This document shows positions 1 to 11,726 of a stretch of DNA of 64,000 bases, piece after piece. The stretch spans positions 497,427 through 561,426 of the forward strand of contig WELB01000016.1 of the NCBI GenBank assembly GCA_009602725.1, written 5' to 3'. The stretch's first letter is position 1. Each line of letters starts with the position of its first letter. The DNA is from Spirogloea muscicola (lineage: Eukaryota). The translations under genes and the position numbers were made by a program. The notes beneath the pieces were generated by a model. That model was not told the DNA's origin. It did not search any database and saw only the letters and a list, made by a program, of their open reading frames with translations.

Positions 1-499
1 CCAAAGACTCTTATTTGTTGTTGCCTTTAGTGGCGCAGCACAATTGCAAGATACAAGGCCACCCAAGAGTGGCCTGCGATCTTCAATCTCAGTGCAGTGT
101 GTGCCTCACAGCTTCGTCATGCAAATAGCACGTAGAACGCTCCTTTAAGACAACACTATGCTCCTGCACGGTGGGAAGGCAACTCGCCTTAAGCTCAGCG
201 ATGACATGATTTGAATTAACAACCCCTTAGGCTGCATGATGATTGACCTTTCCACAGCATCAACAAGCTAGTTCAAGCAAGGTACCTTCAATCTCATGCC
301 CCTGCAGAGAAAATATTTTTTGGAAGGAGCTAAAGAAGCTACATGAGGTCCTTTCACAAAAGTGATTTGGCTGTGTAACAGGGCCAGCCCAACGACATGG
401 ACACAGTTTGTACTGTCAGAATAAGCAAACTACTCAGGAGAACAATTGAACCTTACTGATGGCTGCTGAAGAAGACCAAATTCAATAGCCGCAACCTGG

Positions 500-975
500 T
501 ATGACGAGTAGCCTGAAGTAAGCTCTTCCAACGGGGCGAGTGCCGTGGAAGGCTAGCCCGAAATATATGGACGAAGTTCGAAGGGGCCCATATGCTCTAA
601 ACTACACGGCCTATGCAAGTACCACGAAAGATGGTCGCTTGGTAAGCCCTAGTTAGCAGCCGCAAGTCACAAAGACTAGCAGCTAGAAAGCAGTTCCTCT
701 GCCGATAGCCAGAGGCGGCAGCTAGAGCTAGAGAACGGCGCCAGAAATACAGATGTGCCCTTCCAGAAGAAGCGAGGGCTGTGGAGGCCAGCCCAGAAAG
801 AGAAAGGATACAGCTCCGTAGATGCTACAGTAACTGCTGGCAACTTCTGGCTTACTGTCTCGGTGCATTCTTCGTGCACATTCCTGCATGTCGATTAACC
901 CTTGAAGACTTCAACGGCTGAGACTCGGAGCGAATGCGGCTGCCGATTGTAAAAGAGCGGCTGTGGAGCCAGCCT
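500..975 (-). mobile_element. Cluster of degenerate 3' fragments of the CRE-like retrotransposon
   Basis: The minus strand at ~640-740 encodes ALAAASGYRQ..CFLAASLCDLRLLTRAY, homologous to the end of ORF 52587-55088. Terminal hairpin motifs occur at ~541-560, ~777-791 and ~935-973. Confidence 0.7.
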
Positions 976-1189
976 CAACAGCTCCTCCACGAAAGAAAGA
1001 CTCTTCCAGTGCGCCTCAGTACAGCATGTCAGATATGCATGTGCTCACTCGGGGATGTTAGTGTCCCCCTTAGCCAGCTCATCACCCAGTTAACAGGACA
1101 TTTGTGAGGCCAGAATTGGCCTCTCCTTTCAATTTCATGCGCCCAGCTCCTCCACACTCGTCTGGCGAGCCTGACCAGCCTCCGCCGAC

Positions 1190-1211
1190 ATGCAGCCCGC
1201 CGCCGCCTCCT

Positions 1212-1251
<40 letters not shown>

Positions 1252-4200
1252 TTACNNNNNNNNNNNNNNNNNNNNNNNNNNNNNNNNNNNNNNNNNNNNN
1301 NNNNNNNNNNNNNNNNNNNNNNNNNNNNNNNNNNNNNNNNNNNNNNNNNNNNNNNNNNNNNNNNNNNNNNNNNNNNNNNNNNNNNNNNNNNNNNNNNNNN
1401 NNNNNNNNNNNNNNNNNNNNNNNNNNNNNNNNNNNNNNNNNNNNNNNNNNNNNNNNNNNNNNNNNNNNNNNNNNNGGCGCCTGGCGACGGCCGCGGCGCT
1501 CGCCGGCGGCGGCGGCGGTCAGGCCGCGCTGCAGCATGACGGAGCTGCGACGAGCGCCGCATCCTTCCCGCGCGCGGTCGCGGTGGCCTGCCTCGGCGCC
1601 CTGCTCTTCGGCTACCACCTCGGGTGAGCGAGCTCGCGTTAAATCATATCCACCTTCCCCCGTCTCCTTCCCTTGTGAGGAGGGCCACTTTCGCTTCTCT
1701 CAGAGCATTTACGCTCAGGGCTGTGGCCTCAGAGCAGTGTAAGTGACTACAGCTTGTCTGTCCCCAAGCACCCTCATGCTAGTCGTGATTCGTAGCATCA
1801 CTGCAACGGCGTGCAAAGCTCGTCATGAGAAGTTTACGTGCAATGCCAGGGCGCTAGTTCCTCTCCGCACGCCTGTGCTCATGAGCCAACTGTGTTGCAG
1901 CAACGATTACTGAGCATCCAATACCTGTGGAGCTCCAGTCTGGACGCAATAGATGGGAGGTTTGGGTTATGTCAAGCTCCACGCATTGTGGATCAAACTC
2001 AGCGAGTACCTTGTCACTGAGCTCAGGCCCTTGCATCTGACAGGGTCGTCAATGGAGCCCTGGAGTACATTGCCCGTGACCTGGGCTTCTTACCAGAGGG
2101 CGTGACGGCAGGTATAAAGTCCATGGGGAACCAGCCACCTTGTCCAGCACTGCGCTTGCACCCCTCAACTGGTCGTCTGAGCTTAGACAATTATGCTCCT
2201 GCTCTTCTTCTTCACTCCTTCTTCACCAGACATCCTTGCGAGGTGTGCCATTGTTAACTGTCAGTCAACTGAGGGCGGCGCTCGGACTGCTGGCAGGCTG
2301 GGTGGTCAGCATCACCCTAGTTGGGGCTGCCATTGGGTCGCTGACAGGCGGCGGGCTCGCCGACCAGCTGGGAAGGACAAGGACCTTCCAGCTTAACGCC
2401 ATTCCACTTATAATTGGGACCCTCCTCAGGTGCTGCATTGTGTGCCAGCAAGCTGTCTGTCCTCCCTAGCCAGGTGGCCATTCCACCTTAACTACATGCT
2501 GCAACTTGTATGAACGTTCTGACAGAGGTCCTGTAAGCCTCTGACTGCACAGAGAAGGGCCCTCGCTGTCAGTCAAGGCTGCTCACATGATTCTGGCTCC
2601 ACAATGGCTGCTCCTGATTTGCTCACACAGCATGCACTATTTACTACTTTTGACATGACAACCACTGACCTGGAGTGCTGTTCATTGTGGTCTGTCGAGC
2701 AGCGCTAGCGCAACTTCTTTGAGATTGATGCTGGTGGGTCGTGCACTCGTGGGCGTCGGAGTTGGCCTGATCTCTAGCGCTGTTCCTCTCTACATCTCTG
2801 AGGTGAAGGCGAGATAGCGAGGCATTGCACCCTTGCCTCAATCGCAGAGTGCAATTACCAAGGGCTTGTTCCTCGTCATACAAACTCAACTGTAACTCAG
2901 CAGAGGGTTTCCTTCTGTGGTTGCTCATTCCAGGTTGCTCCAACGGAGCTCCGGGGCAGGTTGGGATCCATGACCCAGCTTGCAATAAATATTGGGATAC
3001 TGGGGGCACTCCTGGCTGGGCTTCCCCTTCCGAACAACCCCTCTTGGTAGGACGATTGGCAGCTGCAATCCACTGATGCAGAGGAGCTTGACACCTTGTT
3101 TGCAAAGTACTTAGGTGAGGACAGCGTTATTGGCAGGTGGCGGACCATGTTTGCAGTCGCCAGCATTCCAGCGGTGGCGCTTGCAGTGGGCATGGCGTTC
3201 TCACCTGAAAGCCCGCGCTGGCTGGAGAAGGTCCGTGCTTGGCCATTGCGGACCACAATGTGTAACACCACCCTAGCGATACTCCACGACAATGCTTTGG
3301 TTCCACAAGTATGAGGATGATGAGGAGGGTCAGGCCAGGACCTGACCAGGAAGGAAGAATCACTGTCATTCATCATAAGCATCTCTGCCTGCACATCAGC
3401 AAGGGCGGCTGCAAGAGGCTGAAATGGTGGCGGAGCAGCTGTGGGGAGGCCGACAACCTTCCAGAACAAACACACAGAGCAAGGACAAGGAGGAGGAACA
3501 AGCCAATATATTGGACCTCTTTGGACCCCAATATAGGAAAGGTGAGTGATGGGAAAACTGTCGAAAAAGACAGCTGGCTTGCTCTGCAGTACTTTTGCAG
3601 ACCACTGAACTGGCCTGCTATTTAGCCAGTCAATTAGCTGCTCCTTGCAGCCCAACTTTTCTTCTTGAAGCGAGTGTAGATGTTCCTGGTGCACTGGCGG
3701 CAAAAAGTAGCCATAGCAGCTGGCTTGGACAATTGCATCTTTGTTACAAGTGGAGTGCAGACTGATTGCTGTGAAACTCTTCACTTGAGGTCCTTCGACA
3801 TTCTATTGCTCAAGCTTTATATTGCTACTTTGGTTTGCTTGGACCTAGCACTGTGTCTCCAACCATACGGAGTTGCTGCTCTTTGCACACGTGCAGTTGT
3901 GGCTGTTGGATGCGCTGTCTTTATCTTCCAACAGTTTGCTGGGATAAATGCTGTCATTTATTTCTCGTCCAACGTGTTTCGTAAGGCCGGTGTCACGTCT
4001 GATACTGCCGCATCAGCTCTTGTAGGTGCTGCAAATGTTGTAGGTAAGGAGTGCATGGTCAAAGCACCCCGACTCCGTGCTTTTATCATGGATGCATGCT
4101 AGTTTCACCAGCTGATGCAAAGGCAATTTCATAAGCATGTCCTTTGAGCGATGAAAAAGAGTATGCTGCTGCTGTAGTCAGCTCCTTTGCTTGCAGGTTG

Positions 4201-5340
4201 CAAGCACTCGAGAGCATATGGTCTTTCTTTTGTCTACCTGTAATGCATCAGTGAGGAAGAATGCTCTGCATGCCGTTGGCGTCCTTTTGCTGTTGTGGAA
4301 AAGTGTCTCCTCATGTCGTTGATTGACTCATAGGTGCATTGATGGTAAGAGCTGATCTCGTCAATGCAAGGGGTTGTTGAGTTTATTGACCGGTTATTTC
4401 CCTGACCTGCAGGCACTACTATTGCAGCTGTTCTGATTGATCGTTATGGGAGGAAGACATTGCTGTTTAACAGCTTTTTAGGCATGGTGAGCTCCAAGAA
4501 TTCTGCAATGAATGTGGACTGCACTAATAGCAATATCATGCTTCAGAGTGGGGCCCACTTGTCTACACTTCTAATTAACAGCCATCTTGTTGACCTGATC
4601 GACTGGCAGGGACTATCCATGGTACTGCTTGCAGTGACCTTGTCCTGGAAGGTGCTGGAAACATCATCCAGCAGTCTTGCTGTAGCAGGGACTATAGCGT
4701 GAGTCTCAGGGACGTGCCCACTTACGTTGTTGCTGTGGTGCTGAATGCAATGAGTGAAGTCGAGGAGGTGGGCCCTTGTCCAATGTACAATTGAGATCAA
4801 AGTTTTTATCAGCTGCTATTGTCCAGCATATGCTCGTCTTCTGAGCAAGCCAATGCTTGGTGGGGGCGCAGCTACGTTTTTGCTTTCTCCTTGGGCGTAG
4901 GGCCAATACCGGCGCTGCTCCTCCCTGAGCTTTTTCCCTCCCGCATTCGTGCCAAGGCGATGTCCTTTGCCCTGGGTGTGCATTGGGTACAGGCCTTCAC
5001 CAATATGCGCTGCTTGCTTGTCCTTCTTAGTAAGTTGCTCTAACAGGACTCTATTGTCTAGGAGTATAAAGTACTAAATTCGTAGTGCGTGCACACGTCG
5101 TATGACTTGATGTCAGCCCACTATCGCTGACGAAGAGTGAAGCTGGTCATGGTGCAGGTTATCAACTTCGGGATTGGGCTCTCCTTCTTGAATGTAGTAA
5201 AGAGATATGGTGTCAGCAATGTCTACTTTTTCTTTGCTGCGGTCTCTTTTGCTGCCACCTTTTTCGTCTCTAACTACATAGTGGAGACCAAGGGGAGGTC
5301 CTTGGAGGATATTGAGAAGTCGTTTGAAATGACCAGTTGA
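1190..5340 (+). CDS. Plastidic glucose transporter (pGlcT-like, MFS sugar porter), multi-exon; 5' end interrupted by an N gap
   Basis: Spliced exons give ACLGALLFGYHLG / VVNGALEYIARDLG / GGLADQLGRTRTFQLNAIPL / VPLYISE-VAPTELRGRLG / PESPRWL / FQQFAGINAVIYFS / DRYGRK / PELFPSRIRAKA / VETKGRSLEDIE*, with stop at 5338-5340. The start codon is uncertain. Confidence 0.9.
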
Positions 5341-7506
5341 AGACCCACATGCTCCAAGCTTGCATGATGCACACAGATTTGGTCAATGATTCTAAGCTCA
5401 TCGTTAAGGGTTTTGTGAATCATATTGACGTGTTGCATGAACCTGCTGCCCAGCTTTGCTGATGGTCTGCCGGCTCGCAGCTGAGCATTGGACTGGTGTG
5501 CTCATGGCTGTGTAATGTCATTGATTAGCATATCCTATGTAGCTCACAAAGCAATACAAGTGGGCTAGCTGCATCATAGAGGAAGTTGCTCAATACAGGA
5601 CTGTTTGCATCAGAATGATGCGCATGCAGAGGACAGCTTGTTCTACTGACGGAGCTCAGAGCCCGTCACGGAATGATGGTAGAACACCCGCAGAATGCTG
5701 CAGAGGGACTGCAAGCCAACTTGTGGTCCATCTTGGAGTGGTGTTTCATATATCAACACATAAGGGGCGTCTCAAACTGATGCTTCTTTAGTCCGGAAGT
5801 CTACCAACTGGAAAGAGAAGCAAAATCTAGCTCAAAGTACTTCCAGACGTCAATTACACTAACAATCCAAATGTGAAGAGCCTCTCCAGAGTGCGCCACT
5901 GTGCCCTTCCCCTTGATCTCCGCCACTTTGTCCAGCAGGGCTGTGGTGCAGGACTATGCGCAAGTACAAGGTAGATCTCAGTGCATGTCTTACGCTCTGG
6001 TTCAGTACAAGTTGCCAACTAATGTACAATGTTGACCAACTAAGTGATTCCTAGACCTGCTCCGCACTGTGAAGACTGTGCTTCAAGTCGAATTCAATTG
6101 CCAAAGCTTTGGCTGTGAAGATATTGAACCGGTTCCATGGTTGTAACATTCCTCAGCAGTATGAGAAGCAGGAGGTGGACGCGCTGTCTGAAGCATTGGG
6201 CCTTGGAAACCCAGGCCCCTGTATTCCATTCACACTAGCAGCGTTTGTGGGCCCACATGGCCCCCTCCTCTGTAGCTCCTTGGACGCATGTGGGGGCGTC
6301 AATTTCCGCTCCACCATGTTGCACACTCGCCGTGCTGAAGCACTTACCATCTCCCGCAGCACCGTGTTGCCAGGAGAAGCCCTTGACTACTGTGTACTGT
6401 GGCGTCTGCTCCAGTCTTCTAAATTTCTTACATGTGTGAACGCCTCTGACATTGCCAGCAATAGAGACTTTAGGTGCTTGCACGCAGGTCCAAGGCTAGA
6501 TCCACTACCAGCAGACTTAGAAATATCTACATCGTACAGGAATTGTGACTGGCTGCTGAGCTTCCTTGCAGCATTGGCATGTGAATGCAAGAGGTTTGGA
6601 GAGAGATATGTTATTGATATTGGGGAGCATAGCAGGTAGAATGGCGCCCTGGACATTATGTTTCACGACAGTATACCAAATTGCACCTCCTCATAATCTT
6701 CAACTTCGACGTTGCCTTTGGCATCAAGGCGTCCGCATCTCCAATTGGTGACTGCTGCAGCTATCTTGGCAGCATGCTCGTAGCCGGAATGACCTGTTGC
6801 AAGACTTGTCCACAGGACAGTCATCTGTTGGCCTGCTGATATGAACCACAAAGCGCTGATATGCAGACTGATTCCCTACAAGATTCCTCTGCAAGATTAC
6901 ATTCAGCGATGTTCTCTGCCGCATACTTTTAATTACCAAGGATGGTACCATCCGCTGAAGAAGGCCGGCAATTGGTCCCAGTCGGTGATTGTCGGAGCTG
7001 CAAGAAGTTGCTTGCTTCAAAGTGAGGTGATAAAGTTATTCGTTAGAAGTGCTGTTATTATCCTGTCAAGCAGGCCGATCAGCAACTCAACTAGCTACTA
7101 GCTTGAATTTATTCGCTTAACTATACATCGGCAAATTGCTGTCAACGTGCTGTCAACGTGCAGGCCAACAGCAACTCGAGTAGCTACTAGCTTGGCAAAG
7201 CTAGCATCGCTCTAGCACAAGAACGCTGGCGAGGCAAGCATTCGTCTGTTGGGCGGATCTCCCCATCCACGACGACCGGCATGCCCGAGCACGGCCTTGG
7301 GAGCATGGCACACGCCGCCGTCTTGGCGGCTTCCATGGCGACGCCGCAAAAGAAAATTCTGTGCCACTGGAGGTCAAGCGGCCGTTGGCCCCAACTCAGC
7401 CGCCTCGAGCTTTGACTGAGCACTGGGCTCAGTCAGAAGGCCCAGGTCCGGCAGGCTCGGCAGGACGCTGAGGCAGCACAGTTGCAGGCAAAGCCCGCAA
7501 ACTGTG

Positions 7507-7556
7507 CCTAAATCCTGAACCCCTAAACCCCAAACCCTCACCCCTGAAGCTAAATC
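7507..7556 (+). repeat. Degenerate interstitial telomere-like (CCCTAAA) repeats
   Basis: cctaaat cctgaac ccctaaa ccccaaa ccctcac ccctgaa gctaaat: about 7 imperfect heptamers of the plant-type telomere repeat. Confidence 0.55.
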
Positions 7557-7859
7557 AGGCACGCTCCACGATAAATGCAGCGGGGGGAGTCGTTGCAGGC
7601 AAGCACCAGCGGCAGGCCGCCGTCGCGCACGAGCCTGCCAGATAGAGCTTGAGCTGCAACGTGCCACGCTTCCGCGGCGGGCCCCGCAGCGTCGGCGGCC
7701 GCCGGTAGTCGAGTGCAGCCTCGGGGGCTCTGGCCGCCGCACCGCCTGCTTTGCCCCTTCCGGGCTAAACACTTTATTCCGGGCCCCTTTGGACCTTATT
7801 CGTTTCCTTACGGGCTTCTCTGGCCCCGTTGAACTTTGTTCATTCATATTGCTTCTTGG

Positions 7860-10030
7860 CTCCCCAGTTTAGCCTGTCAGATTTGTATGTGCTCACCCGT
7901 GGGTACTAACTCATGCTAGCCACCTTCGCATGGGGCTTCGTTTCATGTTGTGCCCACTTTTGGCACTAGCTTTTGCCTGAAACAATGCTTGCATTGACAC
8001 TTTCATTTCATGCGCACCGCGCGCCTTCTCTCCAATTCTGGGCTGGCTGGCTGTCTCTTCTTCTTGGGCTGGCCTTTGCCTGCCCCCACCTTCTATGGGC
8101 GAGCACGTTCTTTCGCTGGGGAGGCTCCAAGCCCGCGGGGCGTGCGGCGCGGAGGCCAGGTCGAGCCAGGGGCGGGCGCCGAGCTTGGGAGGTTGCCCGG
8201 CTTGGCTTGGCGCGGCGCGCGGGGCGGCGACGTGGCGGCTGGCGCAGGGCGAGGCCCCGACGAGCAGCTTCTCCCGCAACCAGCTGTCCTGTCTCCTCTG
8301 TGGGACCCTGTCGTACTTCTGAGTTCTGGCCCTCCGTCTGCAGTCGTCACGCCTTTTGGAAGTGGGCTTTTCCAAACGAGGGCGACGGTTGTGAGGAGAA
8401 ACAGCTCGTCCAATGTTAGGCAAGCGCGGCCAGATTAACTAGTGGCTGGGAGAGGCCAGCCCAAAGGAATGGACAAGGTCTGAAGCAGGTCCAATGTAAG
8501 CAATGGCTGTGAAAGAAGAAGTGTGAAAGGCCAGTCCAAAAAAGAATGATGCTCTGGTCCTAGGGGGGCCACGGCCGCCAGAGCCGGGAATAGGCGGCGG
8601 GAACGCGGGGAAGGGATCCGCAGGCAGAAGCTTACCCAAAGAGAAGGGGACATCAAGGGGACACAAAGTGAGCACATCCACGATCTAGCACATACATATC
8701 TGACGAGCTAAGCTGAGGAGCCAGACCACCACCACGGAAGCCAGTAGCCTGGCCTAGTGCGCGCCCAGCACCCTGGTGTATCGTGAGTGCCTGGGAGCGC
8801 TGCAGGCTCAATGATAGCCGCATTCTAAAGCAAGCAACAACAGGCAACAATAAGCAAAAGCGGGCGATGCCTGTGAACAGAAAGTGGTTCTCCCCCAAGG
8901 GGGCGAGGGCTGTGAACAGCCAGCTCGAAAAACTTTCTGACAAGGTCCGAATGGGCCATAAAGTGCTAAAAGACATTGCTAAGCACGACCATGTAGGATA
9001 ATCACTTAGTAACCTCTCATCAGTAGCCGCAAGTTAGAAAGACTAGTCGCCGGGAGGCCTTAACGAAACCAGAGGCTGCAGCCAAAGCACGCCAGCACGC
9101 AGATGAGAAGGCGTGGGCGTGGGCCATGGACAGCTGGAGGGATATGGGTATAGTAAAGTGGAAAAGGCGAGCCGAGCGAGCCGGGGCCGCCGGAGAAGAT
9201 CGAAGCTGTTCCCGGAGGGGCCGTAGCGAAGCGATGGCGGGCCCGGCTCGGGCACTGGCGCCGGAGCTCTGGGAGGGCGGCGTCCGGCTCCCGCTGCCAG
9301 CGGACGCGGGCGTTCGGCAGTCGGTGGCTGGACCTGCTGCAGCGGCTTCTACGGCGGGCCATCCATCGTCGGCAGGCACAGCAAGATGAGCTGCCCGCCT
9401 TCAACGCCACCGAGTCGCTTGCCCAGGTTTTCCGCATGCGGCTATCCATTTCCCTCCAACCGTCCCAGGCTCACGCAGTGCACTTGCTGGCAGGCCGCGG
9501 TTTGGCTGCTACTTCGGGGAGAAGAGCTTGCCCATTGAGGATAGGGGCTGGGAAAAGCCAGCCCAAAAAAGAATGTACTACTGAGCTACTTCTGGGTCTC
9601 GTCGCTGTGCCTCTTTTCCAGCTGCAACTCCCGCTTGGGGTTGCTGACTCGGGGTTACTAAGCTCCCCTTTGCTGCAGTCTCTAGCATAGCTGTGTGGTT
9701 TTGGTGCCATTCGGCTCTTTGGACCTTGTTAAATTCATCTGGGCTAGCTTTTCACAGCCCCCGGCCCCTTTGGATGAGCTCACTTCTTTAAGCGAACGCA
9801 GCCGCCTCGCCAAAGCAAGCTTTCTCTGGCAGCAGGGCCGCGCTCTGCGGTCGTCTGGGGACCCGTGCCACGGCTGAGAGAAAGTGGGGGCGTTGTGCGC
9901 ATGCACTGAAGGGGAGGCCAAGCCGACCAATTATACACAACGTTCACCCTTATGCAAAGGCCAGAAGGAGGCAATGGCTGTGAAAGGCCAGCTCACGAAT
10001 AATGGACAAGGTCCACAAGGGCCGGAAATG
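7860..10030. mobile_element. Nest of CRE-like retrotransposon 3' fragments in both orientations
   Basis: Several ORF-end remnants: SDLYVLTRGY* (+, ~7877-7909); MRLSLSLQRSQALTIHQGAGRALGQATG..SSSDMYVLDRGC (-, ~8670-8825); ISLQLSMAHAH..RALAAASGF (-, ~9010-9150); MRLSISLQPSQAHAVHLLAGRGLAATSG (+, 9436-9520); LTRGY* (+, ~9643-9661). Shared 3'-UTR modules lie at ~8420, ~8885, ~9530 and ~9975. Confidence 0.8.
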
Positions 10031-11726
10031 CAAACCATGCAGCTACGTGGCAACGCAGCTAAGTGGCTCCTACAAATGGTTGCTCAACTGCTTAGAGGCG
10101 AAGGAAGTGCAAACAAGAGAGGGCTAGAGAACACGCGGCACTGAGTGAGGGAGGGAGACGGGCAGTGTCTGCTGACAAGGGGTGCTCGATGGGGCTGTGC
10201 TGGGGATTGTAGCGCAGTCTCCAGTTAACCCACAGTAGAAGGGCGGCCGCCTGGGTGCTTAAGCGGAGAGCAAGTACGCACATCACCCTCACGCGACAAG
10301 TTTGTGGTGCTGGCATTGATTGTCCCTGGTCCAGTTAAGGACTCGGTAGCTCAGACTCTCCGGTGGTCTGTGTGATAAGTGGTAACCCTAAGCCAAAGGC
10401 AGCAGGGCGAGCAGCCCAGCAGGAGTGCAGCCTGGTCGATTGCTCAAGCGACTGCAGGTGTACTTCGATAGGCACGCTGCGCCTTGGCTGCCGTCTCTGA
10501 GAATTTGAAGGGGCAAATCTTTCTCAGCTACAAGTTACTCTGCTTTACGGGTGTGGACCGGGTATCATTGAGCATCCGTCTGTGTACAGCCACTTGGGTA
10601 GCTGCATAATTCTTGCGCTTTCCTGCCCCTTCAGACCTTGACCAATCATTCCTCAATGGGCTGATCTCCTCCCGCCATTGCGCCGCTTGAACGAGCTTCC
10701 TATCCCGCAGTCAAGCTGCCGGCCTGGGCGAAGTACGCGAAGTGGTCCACGTCAGCGTGTGGTGGGCGGGCAACCTCCGGAGGGGGGCCCCACGGTCGTC
10801 GGGCACCCGACCATCCCGCTCCCCGGGGCCGGAACCACAGGAATAGACGCGCAAAAGCACGAGGTGCTAATTTCGATTGCACTTTATCGGGACAGTCACC
10901 CCCCTCCCCCGTCCCCCGCCGCCGCCGTCGGGGACGTGCCGTTGGCAGTGGGTTGAGCCATGACGGCCCGCCGCAGGCTTGCCCCAAATTTAAGCGGGCC
11001 CCGGAAAACCCCCCAAACCCAACCCCCCGACAATGTCGCGTCGGGCGTCGCGACGCCGCGCCCGCCGGCGCGGCGACGCGCGCTGTCCGATCAGCCCGCG
11101 GCGCGCGATCCCGGCCGTCCCGTGCAGCTCACGTGCGCGCAGGCCCGCCAGCCACCCCGGCGTGCCGCACGTCGCCCGCGCACGTGCGCGTGTCCGCGGG
11201 CCCGGTCATCGGGCGGAGGGGTCGGCGCCGTCGGGCTCCCGGGGGGGTTGCGTAAAATGAAGCGATATCGGAAGTACAACTGCAAGCGCCACGTCAGGGG
11301 TGGTCAGTGAATAATCAGAGAATAGGTTTGTTCGACTTTCAGAGGGGTCCGGGTGGCCGGGATCGTCGGGTGGGAGCGCCTCAACCGTCGGGCCCCCGGG
11401 AGGCGGGGGGACAAAGCCCCACAAACTCGGGGACCCACCACTCCGGGGGGGTTGCCGCCCGCCCGGCCGGCCCCCCCGCGCCTCCCTGCAGCTGCCGCGG
11501 CGGCTGGCCCCGAGCTGCCCCCCCCCCCCGAGCTGCAGCCCCGTCAGTGCGCTTTTGGTCGTGGCCACTCATTAAGGCCGCCCCATCGGTCAGTAACTCC
11601 CGTCTGGGGCGAGACGTGGGGCGCCCCGGCGGCGGCGCGGGCTGCTGCGCGGGGCGGCCGCGCGNCCTCCGCCCCCACTCGCGCCTTCTACTTGGCCGCT
11701 TGCGCCTTCCCAGCTTACCTGGCGCC

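Noticed and set aside
1256..1475. N gaps and single Ns (11665, 16672, 31535, 48461; gaps at 34807, 39144, 57673) with flanking (GCC)n
   Set aside because: These are assembly breaks at very GC-rich gene starts. ORFs spanning them are not reliable.
8420..9990. Recurrent ~30-45-nt repeats as a CRISPR-like array
   Set aside because: Spacing is irregular, both orientations occur, there are no cas genes, the context is eukaryotic, and the repeats are explained as retrotransposon 3' ends.
10650..11600. GC-rich region with weak inverted similarity (~10765 vs ~11445) as a MITE or DNA transposon
   Set aside because: No clear terminal inverted repeats or target-site duplication could be delimited by eye.
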